Positions 25,549-38,829 of a DNA stretch of 64,000 bases are shown piece by piece. A model generated the notes under the pieces. That model was not told the DNA's origin, made no database searches, and saw only the letters and a program-made list of their open reading frames with translations. This DNA is from Pecten maximus. Lineage: Eukaryota. Numbering within the stretch: position 1 is the stretch's first letter; each line of letters begins with the position of its first letter. The translations under genes and the position numbers were made by a program. The DNA lies in the NCBI RefSeq assembly GCF_902652985.1, contig NC_047024.1:42842001-42906000 (forward strand). Reading direction: 5' to 3'.

Positions 25549-25742
25549 TAACGTCCTATTAACAGCCAGGGTCATTTAAGGACGTGCCAGGTTTTGGAGG
25601 TGGAGGAAAGCCGGAGTACCCGGAAAAAACCCACCGGCCAACGATCAGCAACTGCCCCACGTAGGTCTCAAACTCGCAACCCAGTGGTGGAGGGCTAGTG
25701 ATAAAGTGTCGCGACACCTTAACCACTCGGCCACCGCGGCCC
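25549..25742 (-). mobile_element. V-SINE-like copy 2 with target-site duplication
   Basis: Closely similar to 55-256. GTAGTAA at 25545-25551 and 25748-25754. Confidence 0.88.
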
Positions 25743-27035
25743 TCTGTGTAGTAAACATGGCCCCACTTGACTAATCACATTTCACATTATAATTTTCTAA
25801 CGGACCAAGTTGGTATCGTCTTCCGATGACTTTTCCTGCCGTGGTAACAATTAAATCATGTAAGAGTAAGAAATGTTGTATGAAAATGGCAGGTTTCTCC
25901 CGTAATTTATGTTTTAGTGGTTTTTATTCAAAAAATATCAAAACAACCTTAGCATTAAAGTAAATCGCATGGGGACCTTCTTCACACGGGAATGGTAATT
26001 TGAATTTGGGTTAATCTCTTAGATTTATAGATTTATTAGGAAGTTCTTACACATCTATGACAATTGTTACCAGAAAAAAGGAGGTTGTACCATAATTTTT
26101 TTTTGTGGTGGTGGTGGTGGTGGTGGTGGTGGGGGGGGGGGGGGGGGGGGGGGTCTTGAATTGGATTTCATCAAACTCTTCAGATTATGTTATTGTGGAC
26201 GGGAAAGGTTATTTATGAATATTTACTTTAATTCAATTAATCAATTACCTTAAACCTTACGGTTTATCAATACCAATATATACAGTATCTACATGACAGA
26301 TGTTTACACTGTTTGAGGTATAGTGGTGTTGTTATGTCGAAAAAAATGTGCACATTATGATAAAAGCATGAAACTTGGCACAAATTAAGTTCATGCCAAA
26401 AGAAAAAATCTTGCCCGCTGGGCCATTGTCATATATCCGTACTACGTCATCAGTATGAGATGACGGGGGTCACCAACCTTCGTAATTCATTTAAATTATG
26501 TATATACAAGTATGCAGCTTAATTAAAAAAAAAACATATCTAAAAACAAATCTCTTTTTCAAAAAAACACGTCACACAGTCGTGACGGGGATCGAACGTT
26601 AGGTTTTTTGTTGCCTGTCTGATCATAAAAATAACGAATACAATTTTAAGTGTACCGGAATGGATACCAGGATAAAAAAAACCATTTCGTCACACATGGA
26701 ATACCAGCCACGTGGGCTGATTTTTCCAGCTTGATGGACATTTAGGGTACGTTTGGGAATTCTCATAATGACGTACGGTTTATTTTGGTATGAATTGCGG
26801 TTAATTATGAAAAAATGGAGCTCTCGTTTGCGTCAATAGGAGATTGGGTCCGTTCGCTACTTGTTTAAGTCAGTGTTTTAGAGTTAATTACACAAGCTTT
26901 GTAATATCCTCTGTTTATGGGACACGCTCTACCATAGATAGGTCGGAGCAACGTATCAAAGAATTACAGCATATTGGCAATGCCGTTAAACTGCACATCG
27001 TCAAAACGTCAATATTCTAATATAGTCTAAGGTCG

Positions 27036-28009
27036 GTACTTCTGTTAGAGGTTATCCTGAGTCAGGGGAAAACAACAGTTAGTACTCGTTCATTCTGTTA
27101 GAGGTTATACCGAGATACAGGAATACAAGAGTTGGTGCTCGTTCCTTCTGTTAGAGGTTATACCGAGACACAGGAATACAACAGTTGGTACTAGTTCCTT
27201 CTGTTAGAGGTTATACCGAGTCACATGAATACAACAGTTGGTACTAGTGACTTCTGTTAGAGGTTATACCGAGATACAGGAATACAACAGTTGGTACTAG
27301 TTACTTCTGTTAGAGGTTATACCGAGTCACGGGAATACAACAGTTGGTACTAGTTACTTCTGTTAGAGGTTATACTGAGACACAGGAATACAACAGTTGG
27401 TGCTAGTTCCTTCTGTTAGAGATTATACCGAGTCACAGGAATACAACAGTTGGTACTAGTTACTTCTGTTAGAGGTTATACCGAGTCACGGGAATACAAC
27501 AGTTGGTACTCGTTCATTCTGTTAGAGGTTATACCGAGATACAGGAATACAACAGTTGGTACTAGTTACTTCTGTTAGAGGTTATACTGAGTCACAGGAA
27601 TACAACAGTTGGTACTAGTTCCTTCTGTTAGAGATTATACTGAGTCACGGGAATACAACAGTTGGTACTAGTTACTTCTGTTAGAGGTTATACCGAGTCA
27701 CAGGAATACAACAGTTGGTACTAGTTACTTCTGTTAGAGGTTATACTGAGTCACAGGAATACAACAGTTGGTACTAGTTACTTCTGTTAGAGGTTATACT
27801 GAGTCACAGAAATACAACAGTTGGTACTAGTTACTTCTGTTAGAGGTTATACTGAGTCACAGGAATACAACAGTTGGTACTAGTTACTTCTGTTAGAGGT
27901 TATACCTAGTCACATGAATACAGCAGTTGGTACTCGTTACTTCTGTTAGAGGTTATACCGAGTCACAGGAATACAACAGTTGGTACTAGTTACTTCTGTT
28001 AGAGGTTAC
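27036..28009. repeat. 53-bp minisatellite, about 18 copies
   Basis: Unit TTCTGTTAGAGGTTATACCGAGTCACAGGAATACAACAGTTGGTACTAGTTAC. Unit starts at 27040, 27093 and 27146. Confidence 0.97.
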
Positions 28010-28215
28010 TAGAGCACGCTGTTATTGTTACTTGCGAGTTCTATGAATAATGTTACTAGCGCACGCTTTTTTTTTTATCTAGCGCCCTTTTTGTTGTTAC
28101 TAGCGCCCTCTGTCATAGTTACTAGCGCACACTGCTGTTACTTTTGGTGCTCTTTGTTGTGTTTATATTAAAACCATTCGTCAGAGTTGAACAAAAGCTC
28201 CCATCCTAAATAAAA

Positions 28216-28255
28216 CCACACCACACCACACCACACCACACCATACCACACCACA
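28216..28255. repeat. (CCACA)n microsatellite
   Basis: Visible directly in the sequence. Confidence 0.85.
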
Positions 28256-30012
28256 GGGGTTACCATTATCATACCTTACTATTGATAAACTCCATCTTTG
28301 TAACTATAATTTCTACCGCATGCAGTGACAGGTGTCTGCCATGTTTTCTTTCAAACAACAAATAATTGGCGCTAACAAGAGTACGGCGTTATTTGGATTG
28401 CGTGTGGCCTAATAATGATAGGTCTTATGTTCAGGTCAAATTATTTCTCACAAAGAAACCAGAACAGCCAGTTCACAGGTACTCTTTGGTGTACATTTGA
28501 GCGGAAGAGGGAAGAGAGCAATAATCTTTTCGGAACTGGATTCGTTTTATTGATCTGTTCATTTATTTATTCATTTTAACCATTGACAACCAAGGTTTTT
28601 TGCCTTTTTCTGTCACTAAATCTAGAATATTATTGAATACATTTGTTTTCAGTTATAGCAGAAAAAATAATCTGATCTTATAAAGACCAAAATACCAATA
28701 TATGTTAACCATTGAGCGCAAAGCATTACTGAAAAATATATAAATCACCTTTATTTTCAGCAGTTTTTAATGCGCCGAAGCTGGTATCAAAAACAGTAGT
28801 AAGCAATGCCTTCACAGCAATTCTCTCTAGGTTTAAGTATTACATAACAATGGCATATATACCGAAGCATTTGTATCCTTTTTCGGAATCACTTTTGAAA
28901 TATCTGACAAAGATCTCTGATCACCAGATTGAGGTATGTGTAACAAAGTAGTTTCCTTTGGATAAACTGTCTTAGAATCTTATTTTATAAAACTAGGATG
29001 TTGAAAATGGGTGGCCAAATATCTGTTGTCATTGTTACTTTAAACTATGTTCTTAGTTCTAATAACACCCAGGGTTGTGTTAGAAATTATATTTTTGCAT
29101 TTAATTTATAAAACTCATCACGAACTATTGGATTAATGGAACATTTAAGATAATTCTGAGTCTTCGTTCCTTACGGTCACCATTAGGTATGGCCATAATG
29201 TAAATAAGGCTAGCATAATCTAATCTGCATAGAGAGCTTGAAAAGTCATAATTTGAAGCTGTGATGAACCTTGACGCATGGTTTCCTGTTAATTTCATAT
29301 AGTTTTCTTCAAGTGACTTGTCATTACGTTTAAAAAATAAGACAGCAGTTTGAAACTGATCTTGAAAGGACTTGTTATCACTTAGTTTCAAGGAAAATAG
29401 AAATTAATATCAACAAACAACATTTTAATCAGAAAAGTGTTGCAGATAAAACATTTGAAACAGAATACTTTTATATGGGATACTTCGCATAAGTTCCAAT
29501 TTTCTGTCTATTCTGTATGTTTTAAGAACACTTTCTTATGAAACTATTGTAATCTTAAAAGTACCTTTCCTTAGTTCAATTTGGACAGGCGAAATTGGTG
29601 AAAATGCCCTCGTCAATATAAAATTAGACCGACTAAATATAGCGCATTGAGGAATCCTAAACTGGATTTTATGTAAATATAATTTCTGCGGAAATCGCAA
29701 TTTGTTTGATTTCGTATGGTCTATATCCTGCCGATTTTATAACGTACACCAGTATTCAACGTTTCATGACGCAATCAGGGCGACATGGACATGGTCATGT
29801 CAGAAAGCTCAAACCAAAGAAAAACCTAATTCCTAAGAAGAAATAACATAGTTCCTCGTGTTATCGTAAACGAAACGATCATATAATGATTTTAAGACAA
29901 ATTTAGCTCTATCGTGTATTTTATATACATGTGTAGATATCTCAAACTTGTTAACAATTGCATAATTTCTAATTGTTTGTAATTACAACGGATTTTCTGC
30001 GCATTGACATAC

Positions 30013-30290
30013 CGTTATCATTTAGAAGTGATGCGGTGTTGAACGGATAGACTCGCTTGTTTCCTTTCGAAACGCATATGTTATTATTACTGGATTGATG
30101 TTGCTTTCAGAAGAATATCAAATCTTAAATTCTAAATAAAAGTCGACCTGACAGTAGGTGACAACGATTCCAAGGATATTTCCTTTTAAACAAATTCCAT
30201 CTATTTGTCGGATCAGTTCTCAGGAAGCAGACGATTTCAGAGGGGCACGGTTTCGGGTTTTATATTTAGGTAGGCCTATGACGTCAGTGA
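30013..30290 (-). promoter_or_regulatory. Candidate Pol II promoter (CRE + TATA) and first exon, copy B
   Basis: On the minus strand TGACGTCA (30279-30286), TATAAAA (~30264-30258), then ~220 nt ending ATGATAACG|GTATG at 30012. Confidence 0.45.
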
Positions 30291-30461
30291 ATAACCACAA
30301 CACTAAAAATCCATTTGGGATACACATCCGAAAACCATGTAGATATTCACTTTTTTCACATTTCTCTACACTCGAACACGAGCCCCTGTGACAACGTTGA
30401 TAGTAATTTTGTATCATATCATAACTAGAATAGCGCTGATCAAATTTTTCTGACAGCTACA

Positions 30462-30693
30462 TTTTTTCGGCATAGCCGTATAATATTCTTTTGGTCCCGG
30501 ATATGACGCGACAGGTGGCGTTACTGGTCAAGATGAAGTATGTGATTGGTCAATGTAGCGGTAAATGCAAAATGCAGATATACAGTTAAAAACGAAACAA
30601 AGTTAAGATTGAATGCAAGCTGAATAAGTGGATGTATCTTTTCCAATTACACATTGATAACATTATATTCCTGATTCAAATGCAGTCTTATTA
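30462..30693. mobile_element. Dispersed ~230-bp repeat (likely terminus of a Helitron/Helentron-like element), copy 1
   Basis: Roughly 90% identical by eye to 49686-49918. Begins TTTTTCGGCATAGCCG (short hairpin after a T-run). Confidence 0.7.
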
Positions 30694-30935
30694 TCCGACG
30701 AGAGAAGAAATAGTTCTAACACAACTGACTCTTGAAAAGGATTCATTTTATTAACTACACGTCTCAAAACAAAATTTCAGCATTTTTTCATTTAATCTAT
30801 AATAGATAAATTGTCCTTGGTGTTTGAAACAATGAGGAAAATATTTTAGTTTGAAAGTTCATGAGCGACTGTTTTTGATGTGACGAAGCCGTGACGTCAC
30901 TTGGCGCGATAATGGAGGCTTCGTTGTACAAATGT

Positions 30936-31676
30936 CTATTCGCTGTCGCTGTCGTACAGAACCATTGTACGGCGCCTTTTCACTGCTTTGTGTTTATCCT
31001 CGTCCTCGCAGGAGTTTTTGGAGATGTGAAATGTTCCACCGTGAATATTCCCACTGAACATTGTGTTCAGACTGCCGTGAAAAGCGACTTTGGATGCCGA
31101 TTTGTTGGCAGTGTTGTTTGTTTTGACATTACACGTGTTTGTCGACGACAGTGTCAGCATGTTATTCTGAGTAACCGTTGAAGGCAAGTTGTAACAAACT
31201 ACATTGCCGTTTTTCATGAGGATTTTATTAAATAATGTTATTATTTGTTTATTTGAAAAGAATCTAGACTAGATATGTCTCATCGGACAACGCAACCGCA
31301 ATTTTCTATCGGAGTTGAAATATGTTACTAGGGGTCATAAAATAGATGTTTGCCAGGCCTAATTTAACATCTTATAGTATAAATATAATTAAAAAACTTA
31401 GGATGTTTACATCTTGGATTTTATCTTTGATTGTACAATATGTTATGTTAATAGACCAATTTGTCGTTCAGTTGATTTTTTTTCAAAGTTTACAAGCACT
31501 AGTCGCCATTTTTACGAGTCGTAGTAAAAAGAAGTAGGTCGTTCCCACGCTTATGAATACAGTTCTCACGGAACCAGCCAATCAGCGTAGCGAAAGGTGT
31601 TATTACACTAGTGTCATAAAGAAAATTTATGTGATGGGTTTATGACACCGTATATAACGGTAGTCATATGATAAAT
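30936..31676 (-). mobile_element. Internally deleted Crypton-like (tyrosine-recombinase transposon) remnant
   Basis: The ORF tail MFSGNIHGGTFHI...KRRRTMVLYDSDSE resembles the C-terminus of invertebrate Crypton/DUF3504 proteins. AAAATGGCGAC start-like site at ~31510. No catalytic domain visible. Confidence 0.4.
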
Positions 31677-31849
31677 ACTAATATTAATATAGGTCTCTGT
31701 TTAGGCCTGTTGATACCGAAAGTAGCAATCAGCCATTTTGAATTTGTTTTACCTAGGACAACTGGGGCTGTATTCCTACACTGACCGAATCACTGTAAAG
31801 TGTGCTACTATACAGTCTCATAACTACAATTTGGTTTACTTATGATATA

Positions 31850-32070
31850 CAGTGGAACTTCGTTAACTCCAACTCGGAAAACTCGAATACCCCGCTTAAC
31901 TCGAAGTACTTCGTCAGTCCCTGCCAAATTCTCTCTTTATCATAGTAAAAAAAAACTCGGAAAACTCGAATTCGGAAAACTCGAAAAACTCGGATAATAC
32001 GAAGTGAAAATTTGGTCCCAACATTAAAAATCCTACTTAAAATGATCGAATAACTCGAAGTATCATTTTT
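31850..32070 (+). mobile_element. Left end of a Tc1/mariner (pogo-type) non-autonomous element
   Basis: TA|CAGTGGAACTTCGTTAACTC terminus with reiterated AACTCG(A/G)A subterminal motifs. No right TIR found. Confidence 0.65.
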
Positions 32071-34089
32071 GTGTCCCAACGATCGGTGGTAAACGCCGAC
32101 ATTTTTTCAACATCGAAATCCCGTTTGTATCGGCACTACAATTCTACCGATTATAATACGCGATTATAAGTGTTTCATAACTTCATGAAAGAAATTGTCG
32201 GTGGAATCTTATAACAACAACTGTCGATGATAAACGGTACTGTTTTACTTACATCAGGTAATTTCCTAAGACGGTCGCCGATAATAGTACACACGATAGT
32301 CAACAACTCATCTACCCGCTCGCTGAAGCGGAACTAATCTCTGACACACCGGTAGATCTACTCGGCTGATGTTTTTACAGGTGTAGAAATGAAACAGTCA
32401 CCGGTGCCTAAATTAAATTAAATCTGTAAACTGCTGAAACAATAGCGTAATTACTGCCGAGGTATTCAGAGTACGACTGTAACGGTCAGGGCGGTCTATT
32501 AAATCGGATAAAACACCAACTCAGTTACAGTAACATTGTATACGCACATGCGCAGTACCAACTTCCTGTGCTAATACACATGGAAATGGCGGGGTTGTCG
32601 GTAAAATGTAAGTTGGACTATCAAACACTATTTTATATGTCCAGGCAGTTGCAACCAAGAATGTAAATATAAGGATTAAATTAATAAAAAATAAATCCAT
32701 AAATTAAATATCGTATTTCTGTTTATATGGTAAATTGAGGTACATGTATATGATTTCCACAAGTTTTTTGAGGATTTTGTAAAACGCATCAAATAAAATC
32801 CTAACGTGTATAGAACACCCCTTTAATCTCGTTGATCATGGCCTAAAACTATAGAAAGAAGGTCACTTGTGACGTCAGAAGTCAATCAGCCTCGTTATCG
32901 CTCACAAAATAGTCGTGTTATTGACACTATGATATGGGCGTTCTTGATTAAACAACGGATTAGCAGAAAATATCTAACTCCTGGTTGAAAGCTGATAACG
33001 TCGTGACCTGACAGATTATCGGTGTAGTTTTCAAACCCAGCTTGAAAAGGCACGATGTTCTAGGGTATCGCTTCACTGTTATTTGACTCAAATCGGTGTC
33101 ATGGTTACGCGCATCTGACAATTATGAAATCTCAATGACATTGTGTCCGACAGCTTCATCATAGCGCCACACGACAGTAACGAATTCAGAATCATCAATG
33201 TTTGAATCGTATTACAAACTTTTAAATATTATGTCACGATGATTTGAACATCAATATAATGGTAACAATTTAACACCAGTGATTCACTGATATTAACCAG
33301 TTAACGAACTAATGATGGCAATCTGGACATTTGGATTTTTTTTTTCCAAATTAAAATTTGAAATTAAAGTTTCAATGAATATGATCATAATTTTTGACAT
33401 TATATCGAAGGTTTCCCGTAAATGAAATATCAATATTATATCGAATCTTAGTGTTTAATAAATAAAGATATCTTAACACAGGAACATTGCCAAAAATTAA
33501 ACATATTTCCTGTATTTTTTCCTGAAATAGATTACAAAATGGTCAGTGACACTAAATTGCAAGATGATCTTAAGCATTGAAGTGTTAACTCTGATTAGTA
33601 TGACAAATCTTTACATGCATATGTCATATTAGCGAACAATACGTTACTTTTGCCTACAAAGCTCTCTCATTTATAATGCCTAAATAAACTTCAAAGCAAC
33701 TCTCATTTTGCTGTCTTGTGTAGGATTCCAATCAGATTTGAAATTAATATGTTTTAAACTTCTCCAGCAATGTGAATACATTACTTATGAATTAGGTCGC
33801 TTGTAAGAAGATACATTTTGTACATTGCGTCATGTTTTGTTGTTAGCTTGGACTTGTATATTTTACAATAAAAAAGAATCAGTTATAAATTGAACAGCAT
33901 TGTTTTACAAGCCTTGCTCGCCACACAGGGAAGATGAATGTATCTAGTGTTAGAAAGATTATGCCTATCACCTTTTAGGTAATGTGACCTCGATCAGTTA
34001 TCGTTTATTTAGACAAATGTATATCAAAATGATCTTTTAATTATTCATAGTTTGTGTGATTGTGTTTGTGTCCTTGTGATAGCGCGGAA

Positions 34090-34452
34090 CAGATGATGAC
34101 TTTATAGTGCCACCTCGCTGAAATGTTCTGCCGAAGACACCCAGCAGGACATTCCACTCGGTCACATTATACTAACAACGGCCAAAGCAGGCTGGGTGCG
34201 AAGCAGGAGTATCAACTGCTATCTTTAAAGACTACGGTAAGTCTCGACCAGGGGACAGAACCAAATCCTTCCTCACATGGACGAACGCTCAACTAAAGAC
34301 CAAAAAGTGAAGAAGAGTCAAGGGCGACATTAGGACGAAAAAAGTCGTTTAGAAAGGAAAGCAAATATTATATTCAAAAGTTAGTCGCCTCCTATGAACA
34401 TGTATTGGGAACAGTATGTACAATTGTTACGCCTACACCTACCTGCAGGACA
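34090..34452 (-). mobile_element. Degraded Meta-type SINE-related element
   Basis: TTTATAGTGC..CACTCGGTCACATTATACT..TTTAAAGACTACGGT..CGACCAGGGGACAGAACC (reverse B box) and TTAGTCGCCTC motifs, recalled from mollusc SINEs. Confidence 0.5.
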
Positions 34453-36439
34453 GTTAATGCAAGGTAATTATATTACTATTATCGATACTAGTAATATAGT
34501 AAAGGATTCAAAAAAGACTTATTTATACGTATTTTTTCACACATTGCCTCCTAGGTCCTTGGAAACACTGACGAGTCCTAAAAAGGGAAAAACTGTATGA
34601 TGCAGATTTAAACTTGTATAAATTTGTGTTAATATCTTAGGTCTTCTGTACCATTGTTTATCCTGGAGACGACTTCCTAGTCACCTGTTTGGTCCAAAAC
34701 GACATTGCTGTCGAAGGGCCGTTAAACATAATCAATCTATCTATCTATCAATAAACTCCAGTCACCTCAACAGCTTTTGTAGGTATGGTTTGAGAAATAC
34801 TGTCTTTGGTAGTCTAAAGAAGGTATATTCATTAACTACTATTGATAATTCTTTTAATACCATTCAAGCAATCTTTGTTATTTACGACAGTTCCAAAAGT
34901 AGGGAATATAACCAAACAAAAGTCCATTTTAATCAATAAACGTACTGCTTCCTATCCATTCAATGCTTGGTAATCGGAAGTAGACTTGTCACATTAAGGT
35001 AAATATGAGCATGTCTTAATAGATTATTGGGTGAATAGTTGATGTAATGTTTTATATATTCAAATGAAAAGTAGGTTTCTAATCGTCTTGGCAGATTGTC
35101 GGAAACATTATCAACGGGCTTTATTATTTATTGATAATGTAATTGGACATTGCTGACTGGATATGGTGTGCGGCCCAGCCCGTATACAGTTTTAAGATAG
35201 CAGTTTAAAGGGGCCCAGACCATCGCCTTTCAAACCCTGGCCGTAAACGGACTGAAACACGAACTTCGTATATTCATTAAGTTCATGGCGATAGGTGAAG
35301 GAATAACCAGCGTCCTATATTTTGTCAGCATCAGAAACAATTCTCTCCAGCTACGTTACAATAGAAAGTTGGGATGGGTAAATTATATAATTAAAAAAGC
35401 GATGGTATCAAGCCAACATATCTATTTTGGTTTCCCTAATATATCTAGATTTTAGGGAAAACATAAATAGACACTAAGAGTTTGAATGGGATTTTTGATA
35501 TTAGTGGATAACCTTTGTCTTTTTATATTTTGGCTGATTTCAAACAATCACTGTTAAAGTCTGAGATGCGACCTTAAGCAAAATAAGTACTGCTAGTTTA
35601 GTAAATGCTACCGAAAGGCACTGTAGAATCAACCCATTTTCGTTGGCGTTTTCTTTGACTTCATTAATAGCCTTGATCAACCTATTCATGCGTGCACGAA
35701 CTTATAAACTGGAGAAATTTGACGTTTCTATTCTAATATAAGTGGAGTTTTTGTGTACTGTCAATTCACAATGTCGGGCCCAACAAAACGGTATTGTTGC
35801 AAAGAAGACTTGAATATAATGAAAGTAATTGGATGTGTATATGCAAAGATTTTCCATTCGGCAAAAAAAAAAAAAAAAAAAAAATCCAAATGTATTGTAT
35901 TGCGAGAAGAATGTACTACCTTTAGTATCTAACTATGTATATACTCCGCTAGGGGTCTGCTTTTATTTCTGTTTTCTTTCCTTTTCGTCAGCGATCTGTG
36001 GTCGCAATGAGAATACTTTATGACAATAATTCTATCCAAATACAACTAAAAGAAGTTTTTTGTTTGTTTAGTAATTGCCATATACACCATTATGCTCACA
36101 ATACAATAGTGAAAAGTGATTTTTTTTTTCGATTTCATCATGTTGTGTATGAAGCTCAAGGAAAACGAAAGTAATATTGCAAGGAAAAAAAAGAAAAAAG
36201 ACTTTAGATATAAATGATACTTTGTATTTGTTCTCTCATCATTTTAATGAGATACATTCATATCTACTTTCTTTACATACTCAAGATCTTAGTAACGTGT
36301 ATATGATCGTTTCTTTATACTTCTCAGATTCAGACGATTATATTCTATAGAAGAGTCTTGGACCTTCCCTAGTGTTTTGGGGTTTGATTGAAATGCGGTA
36401 ACAATGGCAGCCCGGTGTTGATATAATGATCAATTTTGT

Positions 36440-36838
36440 AAAAATAAATGCTACCGAAATAGCTGATGTGCTAAGAATGCTGAAGCTTGGCAAGGCCTCG
36501 AGAGGGACGGTATCAGAAATCATATGCTACGTAATACATATACACTGTTCGTATTCCTCTCGAACATTTTATCTGATATGTCTTTTTTAACAGGTGTTTA
36601 CCCAAATGTAAGGAGATTAGCTAATGTCATGCCTGTATTTTAAAAAGAGTGACAGATATTCTCCCCCCTAACTACAGGCCGATTTCTCTACGATCCACTG
36701 TTGGGAAGGTGTTTGAAAGAGTTATATATGAACACTTATATAATTATTTCTTTGAAAATTCTCTTTTTTACAGACACCTGCCGGTTTTTATGGTCTTTCG
36801 ACAGTTTTCCAACTTCGATCGATGTATTTAAATTTATA

Positions 36839-36872
<34 letters not shown>

Positions 36873-36900
36873 GAAGAAAAACCACATACATGTGTAGTTT
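36440..36900 (+). mobile_element. CR1-group LINE RT fragment (left part)
   Basis: LKLGKAS..G, LANVMPVF, NYRPISLRSTVGKVFERVIY, EEKPHTCVV. Confidence 0.85.
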
Positions 36901-36918
36901 CATTTCTATTTTCGCTCA

Positions 36919-38379
36919 TGATGGCCACACCACGTAAACGTAACGAGTTATCACTAAAAAAGAAAGTTGAACTGATTCAATCTAGCAATGGTCGTAGCCA
37001 GCGACAACTTGCTGAACAGTTTGGGATCGGAAAAACACAGGTCCAGAGCATCTTGAAAAGAAAGGCAGAAATTTTAGAAGGTTATGAAGAAAATAAAGGA
37101 AATGATAGAAAACGCGGACAACAGATACCAGTCTCCGGACCCATGATACAGAAGGCACTCGGATACGCCAAGGATCTGAACATACCTGAGAGTGATTTTA
37201 AGGCTTCCAATGGTTGGCTACAGAGGTTTAGAGAGACACACAACATATCATTTGCTACTGTTTGTGGAGAAAGTGCTAGCGTTTCTAATGATGTAGTGAC
37301 TGACTGGAAAGATAAACTCCCAGACATTATGTGTGGATATGATTCTAAGGACATTTATAACATGGATGAAACTGGACTATTTTTTAGAAGTTTACCAGAC
37401 AAGTCCCTGTGTATTCGTGTCATGGCGGCAAGAAATCAAAGGATAGGATAACACTTGTTCTGTGTTGCAACATGGAGGGAGATTTCGAGAAGCCTCTGGT
37501 GATTGGAAAATCTACCAAACCACGATGTTTTAAGAACATTATTGTGAACCAGCTTCCAGTGACAAGGCGAGCCAACAAGAAAGCCTGGATGACGGGACAA
37601 CTATTCACCGAGTGGGTTCTGAGCTTGATAGATGGATGAGGCTATCTAGACGGAACATTTTATTATTCTTGGACAATTCTCCATCATATTCTAATGTGAA
37701 ACTGACCAACGTGAACACCACATCTGTACTTCAGCCTCTGGACCAGGGAATAATACAGGCAGTGAAGATGGTGTACAGAAAGAGACTCCTTCGTGCTACT
37801 GGGTGATGGGACCCAGCTTCAGGCTGACGAGATTTCCAAGGGAGTGTAAGTACTGGATGCTATTCGTTTTGTGAGTGGAGCCGTTAAAGAAGTCAGAAAA
37901 GAGACTGTAGTGAAGTGCTTTGGAAAGGGAGGAATCGCTGTGAATGATGTGGAAGTGGCAGCTGACGACGACACGCCACTAAGTGAGCTTAGAGACATGA
38001 TAATTGCAGCACGCGACCACATGTCTTGTGACATGACTGCTGAGGAATATGCAGTGTGTGATGATGATGTTCCCGCCAGGGAGGTGTTGAAAGATGGATG
38101 GGAGGACAATCTCATAGGTGACATGAAACGTCAGGAGGATTCGACCAACGCAGAGACAAACGGGGCCGCTGAACCTGACGAACCCGACGACAACCACATA
38201 AAAAATTATCACAGGACGCCCTCAAGGTCATCAGACAACTCCGGGGGTTCTCGGTCAAGAAAGGTATGCATGATCTTCTTAGAATGATCAACACAGCAGA
38301 GGACCTTTTGGAGGAGCAGGCCTTTGCTGATCGTGCTTCAGCTAGACAGTGTACACTGGACTCATTTTTGTGCAAGTGA
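36919..38379 (+). pseudogene. Tigger/pogo DDE transposase pseudogene (TIGD4/6-like)
   Basis: HTH_psq RKRNELSLKKKVELI..SQRQLAEQFGIGKTQV, FKASNGWLQRF, NMDETGLFF, KSKDRITLVLCCN, LDNSPSY, QPLDQGII, terminal RQCTLDSF. Carries frameshifts, stops and a deletion in the CENP-B HTH. Confidence 0.92.
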
Positions 38380-38829
38380 CTGTTTAAAACATTCATTGGA
38401 TACATGTGTATGTGTTCTTTAAAATCAAAACCATAATTCAATCGAGAGACTTTAGTTTACTGTGTGAAAATGGACTACACCATATATGAAATGAACATTA
38501 AGTGTGTTACAGTAATCAACACAAAGGATACGTAGAATGGACATTTATAGAGAAAACTATTATGTTTAAATGGATTACACCATATGAAATGAACACTCAG
38601 TGATTGTGTCAAAAAAAATAAACAGTTTGTGAAATGGACATACAGTTGATGTATAAGTGATAGTGTCATTGGTGTCTTTTCAGACTTGTAATGATTTAAG
38701 AGCATACATTGAAATATTATTGATTAAATGAAGATTATTATTATGAATAGTATTCTTGGCTATAAAATCATTTAACTTTGAGACACCAAAATATGTCTAT
38801 GAATATTTTTTTTTGTTCTACGGTAAGGC

